NCBI GenBank assembly: GCA_044226515.1
Contig: JBGAGX010000003.1
Span: 65,561 to 129,560, forward strand
Reading direction: 5' to 3'
Source of the DNA: Flavobacteriales bacterium
GTDB taxonomy: Bacteria > Bacteroidota > Bacteroidia > Flavobacteriales_F > PHOS-HE28
Length of the DNA: 64,000 nucleotides
The notes beneath the pieces were generated by a model. It did no database searches and was not told the origin of the DNA. It was given only the letters and a program-made list of their open reading frames with translations. Position numbers and translations under genes: made by a program. Position 1 is the first letter of the stretch. The number at the start of each line of letters is the position of its first letter. This document shows, one piece after another, positions 57,138-64,000 of the stretch.

Positions 57138-58406
57138 CTACTGCCGCGCGAAGCGGGCCACGCGGCGACCTTGGACGCACACCGTGTAAACCCCGGGCTG
57201 CAGGTGTTCCACGGACAGGCTGGTGCGCAGGGCCGAGGCCCTCCCGGCCAGCACCTGGCGGCCGCTCGCGTCCACTACGGTGTACGCAGCGCCCACCGGC
57301 AGTGAAACGTGTACCACTTCGGTGGCCGGGTTGGGGAACACCGCCAGCTCCTCCTCCTGCACGGTGCTGATGGAGGTTGGTGCACGCAGGTCGAGCGCCA
57401 GGCGGCCGGGCGCGACCCCCACGGGGACGGAGGCCAGTTCGGCGCCATTGTGGTCGAGCACGTGCAGCGTACCGGAGGAGACGAAATCGGTGGTGGTGGC
57501 GTAGAGCACCTGGTCCACGGGATCGTCCAGCAGGCCGTACACGAAGGGCGTGCCCGGAAGGGTGTCGGCCACGGCACCGGTGGTGATGTCGAAGCGTGCC
57601 AGGGAGCCCTGGGCGTACTCCAGGTACCACACCTTGCCGTCAGCCAATGCGCTGGCGGCGCAACCGCTGTTCACCGCCACGTTGCTGGTGTAGGTGAGCG
57701 TGCCGCTGCCGCGGGCGATGCGGCTGATGCTGCTTCCGCTGAAATCCTTGTTGTTGAAGGCGTAGATGGCATCGTCGGTCACCATGAGGTTCTCGGGGTT
57801 CACCCCGTCGGGCCCCAGGTCGATGGTGCCTTCCCAGGTGCCGCTGGCCGGGTCGAGCACGCCCACCAAGCCGACCGCATTTCCCCATTCGAAGCCGTTG
57901 TTCACAGCGATCCAGGCCTTGCCATCGGCCACCTCCACATCCTCGCAGCTGTATGGCAAGGTGGCGGGGTCGATGGTGTAGAGCTGGTCGAGCGTGGCCT
58001 TGTCCAGCACCTCCACGTAGGAGGGCAGTCCGCCCACCTCGCCCTTGGTGCACACGATGCGGTCATCGGCGATGGCGAACCGACGGATGCCTTGGACCAC
58101 CGCCTGGTCGAGGACCTGCCAGCTGTCGGCATCGACCTTGAGCAGCAGGGAATCCGCGGCCACGTAAGCGATGGCGTTCTCCACGACCACGTGGTTGCCC
58201 CAGCGCACGCCGGGGATGGTGAGCACGGGCTGGTAGCTGCCTGTGGCCGGGTCGTAGCTGCCGAGCGAAACGGGCACGAGCTGGGTCTGTGTGCCCATGT
58301 CGTAGTGCCCCTCGTTGAGCACGAGCACCTGGTGCACGGTGGATTGGGCGCTTGCGCCAAGGGTCAGGGCCAGAAGCCCAACGGACAGGAAGGGACGGTA
58401 CATCGA
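57138..58406 (-). CDS. Secreted beta-propeller (YncE/YVTN-like) protein with a T9SS C-terminal sorting domain
   Basis: Signal peptide MYRPFLSVGLLALTLGASAQS; repeated beta-propeller blades; C-terminal ...LQPGVYTVCVQGRRVARFARQ. Confidence 0.6.
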   Translation of the reverse strand, partial: SMYRPFLSVGLLALTLGASAQSTVHQVLVLNEGHYDMGTQTQLVPVSLGSYDPATGSYQPVLTIPGVRWGNHVVVENAIAYVAADSLLLKVDADSWQVLDQAVVQGIRRFAIADDRIVCTKGEVGGLPSYVEVLDKATLDQLYTIDPATLPYSCEDVEVADGKAWIAVNNGFEWGNAVGLVGVLDPASGTWEGTIDLGPDGVNPENLMVTDDAIYAFNNKDFSGSSISRIARGSGTLTYTSNVAVNSGCAASALADGKVWYLEYAQGSLARFDITTGAVADTLPGTPFVYGLLDDPVDQVLYATTTDFVSSGTLHVLDHNGAELASVPVGVAPGRLALDLRAPTSISTVQEEELAVFPNPATEVVHVSLPVGAAYTVVDASGRQVLAGRASALRTSLSVEHLQPGVYTVCVQGRRVARFARQ

Positions 58407-58756
58407 GTTGGAGGAATAAGCTGCCGTGTTCACCGCACGGCGTTCTCGGTGGTGAAACCCCGGGCAAGGAGCGGCGGCCTGTACCGCAAGCTGCCGGCCC
58501 TGGTCCCGGGGCCGTGATCTCGCGGACCCTTGCGGGCCCGGCGCGTGGCAGGTCTTCTGGCTCACCCCCCTACCCGCCGCGCCTTCCCCCGTGTAGCGGA
58601 GTGGCGTTGTGCAACGGGCGTCAGGGGTTCACAGCTGCGGGAACAGCTCCCGGTTCTCACGGGATTCCCTTTTCATCCGGTGGGCCTTGCGGCTTCCCGG
58701 AACCACGACGCGGGGCGAATGTAGCGCTGCCCGGCCGCGCTTCTATCTTGCCCCCG

Positions 58757-59614
58757 ATGAGCGCCTACGACCTGCGCCTGCTCGACCTCTCCCCTGCGGG
58801 CATCGCCTCGATCACGGCGTTGCTGCGGCAGGTGTTCCCCGATGCCCGGCATTTCACCGAGGCGGTGGTGCGCTGGGAATACGTGGACAACCCGGACGGC
58901 GCGGCCGTCGGTTTCAACGCCTGGATGGGCGAGGAACTGGCGGCCCACTATGTCGCCATCCCGCTCCTGGCGCGGGTGAGCGGCCGGGAAGAGAAGGGCC
59001 TGCTCTCACTGAACACGGCCACGGCCCCGGCGCACCAGGGCAAGGGGCTCTTCACCAAGCTCGCGGACAGTACGTACAGCTACGCGTCCAAGCATGGCTT
59101 CAGCTTCGTGATCGGGGTGGCCAATGCCAACAGCACCCACGGCTTCGTGAAGAAGCTCGGTTTCCAACTGGTAAGCCCGCTGCGCGCCATGGTGGGCGTT
59201 GGATCGCTGCCTGCATCGCGCAGCGCATCGCTGCAGTACGAACGCCTGTGGCACACCGAAGCCCTGCGGTGGCGCCTGGCCCATCCGCTGTACCGATACA
59301 CGGTGAAGCGTGAAGGCGCACGGCGGTTGCTGCTGAGCGAGCGTTCGCAGTTCGGCGCACGGTTGCTGCTGGGCGCTCTGGACCACGCGGCGCTTACGGG
59401 GATCGACCTTCCCGCTCACCAAGGCCCGTTGCCCTTCCGGATCTGGGTGGGCCTCGATCCCGGCATGCGATGGTCCCTGCGCCCGTTCGTGAACATCCCT
59501 GTGGGGCTGCGTCCCAGTCCGCTCAACCTCATCTTCAAGGACCTCACCGGACAAGGGCGCACCTTGGATCCGCGGCAGGTGCGTTTCCAGGCCTTGGATT
59601 TCGACACGCTCTAG
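58757..59614 (+). CDS. GNAT-family N-acetyltransferase
   Basis: Acetyl-CoA motif region (LNTATAPAHQGKGLFTKL); the track ORF is 5'-extended by 135 codons. Confidence 0.6.
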   Translation: MSAYDLRLLDLSPAGIASITALLRQVFPDARHFTEAVVRWEYVDNPDGAAVGFNAWMGEELAAHYVAIPLLARVSGREEKGLLSLNTATAPAHQGKGLFTKLADSTYSYASKHGFSFVIGVANANSTHGFVKKLGFQLVSPLRAMVGVGSLPASRSASLQYERLWHTEALRWRLAHPLYRYTVKREGARRLLLSERSQFGARLLLGALDHAALTGIDLPAHQGPLPFRIWVGLDPGMRWSLRPFVNIPVGLRPSPLNLIFKDLTGQGRTLDPRQVRFQALDFDTL

Positions 59615-60276
59615 AAGCGGTACGCCACCCCGGCCTGGAGCGCCATGCCCGTGGTGTTGAGCTCGGCCGAGAAGCCCGAAAGCGCTACCGATCCGCCGTT
59701 GCTGGCGTACTCCTTCAGCTGAAGCGCCGAACCCATGTAGCGAAGGTGACCTTGTAGTCCGAAGTGCTCACCGAGCATGAAGGTGACCCCGCTCCCAAGG
59801 CCGAAGAACGGCCCGCTGTAGGTGGACTCGGTGCGTGCACCGCCATCGTTGTCGGTGATCTTCAAGGTGGAGCTGCCGATCTGCAGGGAGGCGAACCAGC
59901 AGAACCGATCATGGTTGATGATGTAACCCCGGGGCTGGACGCCGAAGAGGACCAGGCTGTTACTGCGGGTATTGTTGGAATCGAGGTAGGACCCCGGCTC
60001 CAGGAACAGTCCGATGCTCACGGGCTTGGCCAGGCCATATTGGACTTCGATGGGAAAGAGCAGCGTGGCCGCACCATCGTCATTCTCCTGTTTCACGTCA
60101 TAGGTGCCGCCCAGGATGGGTATGGCCACCGTTTGTGTGGAGATGTACTGGGTGTGGTGCGCGCCGATGGCCGTTCCCAGCGAGATCTGAAAGGCTCCTT
60201 TCCGGTTCACCTGCCCAACCAGTGCCGCAGGAAGAACCAGGAGGGCGATGACGAGGATGTGGTGCCGCATGGACAT
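59611..60276 (-). CDS. Outer-membrane beta-barrel protein (C-terminal ...AGVAYRF)
   Basis: Signal peptide MSMRHHILVIALLVLPAALVGQ; beta-strand periodicity; terminal Phe. Confidence 0.55.
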   Translation of the reverse strand: MSMRHHILVIALLVLPAALVGQVNRKGAFQISLGTAIGAHHTQYISTQTVAIPILGGTYDVKQENDDGAATLLFPIEVQYGLAKPVSIGLFLEPGSYLDSNNTRSNSLVLFGVQPRGYIINHDRFCWFASLQIGSSTLKITDNDGGARTESTYSGPFFGLGSGVTFMLGEHFGLQGHLRYMGSALQLKEYASNGGSVALSGFSAELNTTGMALQAGVAYRF

Positions 60277-60617
60277 GTGATCGCGATGCGAAGGTGCAGG
60301 GCGAAGGGGTTTCGGGAGCGATGGGGCCCAGGTCCATTCTTCAACAGCCGGTTGTGGCCCGCAGCACCAGGGAAGGGCGCACTCTTGGGTTCCCATGCCG
60401 GCCTTTCATCGGAGCCGACCCGCGCCGGACCATGATCCACGCGGACTTTCAGCTGTGGCTGAACGTGGACGGCCGCTTCGGCCCTGTAGTTGCGCGACCA
60501 CTGGCGCTCGGCTCCGGCTTACCCTAGATTTGGGCCGAGCCGGTGGATGGTGAGATCCTCCGGCACGAACCAAAGACCAGCGGGAACGAACGACCTGCAA
60601 CGTTCCCCGCCCCACCG

Positions 60618-60818
60618 ATGGAGAACCAGAAGAAGATGGACGAGACCGGTAAGCCCGTTGCGACCGACATGGACCAGCGCACCTACGCTGGCTATTCTGG
60701 CGGCGGAGACCTGACGTTCGACCCCCAGAAGGACCTGAACCTGCCGGGCAGCTACGACGAGGTGCTGGTGCGCTTCAGGAAACTACAGGGTGATCGCGCC
60801 GTGGAGGTGCTGAACTGA
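60618..60818 (+). CDS. Hypothetical small acidic protein (66 aa)
   Basis: Internal ATG of the track ORF; no domain; followed by a perfect 8-bp hairpin at 60841..60866. Confidence 0.3.
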   Translation: MENQKKMDETGKPVATDMDQRTYAGYSGGGDLTFDPQKDLNLPGSYDEVLVRFRKLQGDRAVEVLN

Positions 60819-60879
60819 AACAGGCCCAACGATCCTGTGGCAGGGCCGTCCGCAAGGGCGGCCCTGTCGCGTTGCGGGC

Positions 60880-61878
60880 TCAGCCTTGCTGGACCCAGAA
60901 GGGCGGCAGCTTCTCGCTGATCTCGATGTGGCCGAAGCTCTTGCTCTGGCGGGCACCGGTGCGCTTCGCCCAAGCGGCCATGCGCGTAAGCCCCTCCACC
61001 AAGGGGGTGTTGGGCTGCGCACCGAACACGCGCTCCAGCTTGCCGTGGTCGCTCCAGGCGTGCACCACCTCGTTGCGGGCCTCCACGTGCTTCACCGCTC
61101 CCTTCACCCCCATCGCTTCCATCACGGCCTGCGCCAGTTGCAGCACCGTGCAGGGCGTGTCAGCCCCGATGTTGAACACCTCGCCATAGGCCTCGGGCAC
61201 GTCCACGCAACGCGCCATCACCGGGGCGATGTCGCCCACATAGCTGAAGGCACGCTGCTGCAGGCCGTCGCCGAACACGCTGAGCGGGATCCCCTGCATC
61301 AACTGGTTCATGAAGATGCCCACCACGTTGCGGTACCGGTCGCCGATGTTCTGGTACTCGCCGTACACGTTGTGCGGGCGGAACACCACGTAGTTGAGGC
61401 CGAACATGTGGCGTGCGGCGTACAGGTCCAGCTCCACCGCGTACTTGGCAACGCCATACGGGTCCTCCGGACGCGGCTGCATGTCCTCGCGCATGGGCGG
61501 ATGCAGCGCGCCGTACACCGCGATGCTGCTGGTGAACACGAAGCACTTCACCTTGTGGCGCACACTGGCGTTGATGAGGTTGATGCTGCCGATGAGGTTG
61601 TTCTGGTAGTTGAAGCCGCGGATGAAGTGGCTGAGACCTTCCGCTGCGTACGCCGCCAGATGGTAGACGTGGTCGAAGTGGTGCTGCGCGAAGAGCGCAT
61701 CGATCAGGGCGTAGTCGTTGATGCTGCCCTGCACGAACGTGGCGCGCGGGTCCACCTGGTCGCGGAAACCGCCGCTGAGGTCGTCGAGCGCCACCACCGT
61801 GTGGCCCATGTTCAGGAGCTCCTTCACCAGGTGGGCTCCCATGAAGCCGGCGCCGCCGGTGACGAGGGAAACAGGCAT
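60880..61878 (-). CDS. NAD-dependent epimerase/dehydratase (UDP-sugar 4-epimerase-like SDR)
   Basis: VTGGAGFMGAHLVKEL Rossmann motif; YxxxK catalytic dyad region. Confidence 0.85.
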   Translation of the reverse strand: MPVSLVTGGAGFMGAHLVKELLNMGHTVVALDDLSGGFRDQVDPRATFVQGSINDYALIDALFAQHHFDHVYHLAAYAAEGLSHFIRGFNYQNNLIGSINLINASVRHKVKCFVFTSSIAVYGALHPPMREDMQPRPEDPYGVAKYAVELDLYAARHMFGLNYVVFRPHNVYGEYQNIGDRYRNVVGIFMNQLMQGIPLSVFGDGLQQRAFSYVGDIAPVMARCVDVPEAYGEVFNIGADTPCTVLQLAQAVMEAMGVKGAVKHVEARNEVVHAWSDHGKLERVFGAQPNTPLVEGLTRMAAWAKRTGARQSKSFGHIEISEKLPPFWVQQG

Positions 61879-61966
61879 ACTGGACAGTGGGGATAAGGAT
61901 GCGGGACGAAGGAACGTGTTCCGGGCGAAAGACGGACGGGATACCGGGCAGTTGCCGCCTCGCCGT

Positions 61967-62365
61967 TCACTGGAACGTGAGGCGGTCGAGGCTGTAGCGG
62001 CCGCTGCCGGTGAGGAAAATGCCCAGGTAGGCGGCCAGGTACACCAAGGCCAGTTCGCGCTCGCCGAAGGGAGCCCCGCTCTTGAGCACGAAGGCGATCA
62101 CCGCCATGCCGATGATGAGCGGGATGGTGGTGAACCGCGTCCACAGTCCCAAGGCCACCAGCAGGGCACAGGCCGTTTCGGCCAGGGTGATGAGCACAAG
62201 GGAGATGGTGCTGCCGAGCCCGATGGGGTCCGCGAACGAGTCCATCCGCTCGGTGAAGTTCATGAGCTTGGGCCAGCCGTGCTGCCACAGCATCATCCCA
62301 CCCGCACTGGCCCGCACCACCAGGATGCCCAGGTCCACATTGATCTCGTCCGACTTGAAGAGCAT
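61967..62365 (-). CDS. DoxX-family membrane protein
   Basis: 132 aa, 4 TM helices, DoxX-like GLPKL/LLR pattern. Confidence 0.7.
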   Translation of the reverse strand: MLFKSDEINVDLGILVVRASAGGMMLWQHGWPKLMNFTERMDSFADPIGLGSTISLVLITLAETACALLVALGLWTRFTTIPLIIGMAVIAFVLKSGAPFGERELALVYLAAYLGIFLTGSGRYSLDRLTFQ

Positions 62366-62484
62366 GGGGCGAAGTTGGACCGGCCCTGACGGACGCCTCG
62401 ACCTGGTGTTCCATCATTTTTCCACCATGACCGGCCGATCGTTCGAGGGAACCCGGTGTCGGCAAAGCGCGTACAACGGTCGCC

Positions 62485-63225
62485 ATGAAGCAGCTGCTCA
62501 CCATCGTTCTGGGTCTTTCGCTCCTTTCCGCCACGGCCCAGGAGCTCGCGTTGGCCGCCCCGGCGAACTCCACCTGCTCGCCCTACCAGCAGGGGCTTGC
62601 AGCGCTGCGCGCGCAACGCTACCAGGAGGCCTTCGACCTGCTCACCGGTGAGGTGAGCGCCCATCCTGAACATGCCAAGGCCTGGTACCACCGCGGGGAG
62701 GCCCAGCAGGCCTTGGGACGTTCCGAAGGCGCCCTGAGCGACATGGACCGCGCGCTGGCCCTGCGACCACAGGATACCCATGCCCGCCTTCGCCGGGCCG
62801 ATCTGCTCATCGCCGGTGGCCGTGCTTCCGAGGCCCGTGCGGACCTGGAGCAGGTGATCGCCACCTACCCCGACAGTCCCATCACCGTGCACGCCTTGTT
62901 CAGCCTGGGCAGTGCCTGCATGGCCGACAACGACGCCCAGGGTGCACTGACCGCCTATGACCGTCTGGTGGTGCTCGCACCCGCCGACGCCCATGCCTGG
63001 TACGACCGGGGCCTGGCGCGCAGCGAGGCCGGTGATGCGCATGGTGCCGTGGCCGATCTGACCGAAGCGTTGAAGCTCGAACCCGGCATGGCGCAGGCCT
63101 ACGCGGCGCGCGCCATCGCCCAGGTGCACGCCGATCACAGGGCCGAGGCCTGCGGCGATGCGCAACGCGCGAAGGAACTCGGCGAACAGCGCGTGGACGA
63201 CCTCGTCCTCATCTATTGCAAGTAA
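62485..63225 (+). CDS. Secreted TPR-repeat protein
   Basis: Signal peptide MKQLLTIVLGLSLLSATAQ; 5-6 TPR units. Confidence 0.7.
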   Translation: MKQLLTIVLGLSLLSATAQELALAAPANSTCSPYQQGLAALRAQRYQEAFDLLTGEVSAHPEHAKAWYHRGEAQQALGRSEGALSDMDRALALRPQDTHARLRRADLLIAGGRASEARADLEQVIATYPDSPITVHALFSLGSACMADNDAQGALTAYDRLVVLAPADAHAWYDRGLARSEAGDAHGAVADLTEALKLEPGMAQAYAARAIAQVHADHRAEACGDAQRAKELGEQRVDDLVLIYCK

Positions 63226-63269
63226 GCGGTACAGCTGCCCGCAGCGGCTGAATTGCCTTACTTGGCGGC

Positions 63270-64000
63270 ATGTTCGGAACGCGGCCGTCGAAGGCGGAGC
63301 TGCTGCTCCTGGCCGTGCTCGTGTTCCAGCTGGTGACCGCGGTGCTCGCGCTCGGCAACCGCAACGACCTCGACATCTTCCTGGCCGCTTCACGCGACCT
63401 GCTCGCCGGGGGCGACATCTACCGCACCCTTTACAACCAGGACTACGCCTACTTCTACAGCCTGGCCTTCGCCCTGCTGGTGGTGCCCTTGACCTGGGTG
63501 CCGGTGGTGGTGGCCAAGCTCCTGTGGAGCCTCGCCATGCTGGCCGCCGGCTGGCGCTGCCTGGTGATCACGGGCCACTGGCTGGGTCTGGACCGGCTTC
63601 CGTTGCAACGGCGGCGCCTCATCGAAGGCCTCGCGGCGCTCATGCTGCTGCAGGCGGTGCGCGACAACCTCAACGCCGGGCAGACCACGCTCCTGCTCTG
63701 TTGGATCGGCCTGGAGGGCATCCGTCTGGCGCAGCACGACCGTCCCGTGCCGGCGGCCCTGCTCCTCGCCTTCGGCATCGACCTGAAGCTGCTGCCCTTG
63801 GTGGTGGTGCCCTACCTGGTGTACCGCGCACAATGGCGCACCCTGGCCTGGCTCCCGGTGTGGCTGGCGGTGTGGGTGCTGGCCCCGCTCCCCCTGGTCC
63901 CCAACGGCCAGGGGACCGCGCTCCTGCAGGAGCGCTGGCAGCTGATCGACCCTGGCGGTGCCCGCCACACCCTTGACAACGAGGAGCCCGACTTCATCGC
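63270..64000 (+). CDS. Polytopic membrane protein, DUF2029 / glycosyltransferase-family-87-like, 3'-partial (open to window end)
   Basis: Own translation from the ATG at 63270 gives MFGTRPSKAELLLLAVLVFQ ... NDLDIFLAASRDLLAGGDIYRTLY ..., multiple TM helices, no stop before nt 64000. It is absent from the ORF track because it has no stop in the window. Confidence 0.45.
   Translation, partial: MFGTRPSKAELLLLAVLVFQLVTAVLALGNRNDLDIFLAASRDLLAGGDIYRTLYNQDYAYFYSLAFALLVVPLTWVPVVVAKLLWSLAMLAAGWRCLVITGHWLGLDRLPLQRRRLIEGLAALMLLQAVRDNLNAGQTTLLLCWIGLEGIRLAQHDRPVPAALLLAFGIDLKLLPLVVVPYLVYRAQWRTLAWLPVWLAVWVLAPLPLVPNGQGTALLQERWQLIDPGGARHTLDNEEPDFI

Overview
This 64-kb window comes from a high-GC (about 65% GC, very GC3-rich) Bacteroidota-type chromosome. 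The phylum call rests on three things: six proteins carry C-terminal type IX secretion (T9SS) sorting domains, the core gene order bamD-rpoZ-coaBC-DUF4835-recN is conserved, and there are no Shine-Dalgarno sites. Most of the window is core genome: two tandem signal peptidase I genes, fabI, recN, coaBC, rpoZ, bamD, a KBL/SPT-like alpha-oxoamine synthase, recA and rarA divergently transcribed, prfC, a PIN-PhoH ATPase, tRNA-Ala(CGC) and tRNA-Thr(CGT). Interspersed are many secreted or surface proteins. These include an LTD/Calx-beta/TSP3 giant adhesin of 1572 aa, an endonuclease I, an esterase, a PQQ-sugar dehydrogenase, a SprB-repeat-like protein and a beta-propeller protein, all with T9SS C-terminal domains. 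There are also two paralogous coiled-coil proteins (398 aa and 1282 aa) that share an N-terminal carboxypeptidase-regulatory-like domain and a C-terminal FYFxNGQ domain. The larger one has expanded by about ten copies of a roughly 200-nt tandem repeat. No CRISPR, integrase, transposase or prophage signal was found. The most unusual locus is a translationally coupled two-gene operon at 2762..8093 on the minus strand. It pairs a secreted TPR/Ig-like/caspase-like protein, whose catalytic Cys is replaced by Ala, with a periplasmic beta-propeller sensor fused through one TM helix to a class III adenylate cyclase domain. Other points of interest are an orphan intrinsic terminator inside a 645-bp divergent intergenic region, a TACTGT...ACAGTA palindrome 17 nt upstream of recA, and a secreted protein with an aromatic/Pro/Gly-rich and RGG-like tail. 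Where a track ORF is obviously extended, start codons were chosen by signal-peptide logic, so they are approximate to within a few codons. Long ORFs running antisense to well-supported genes were treated as high-GC artefacts.
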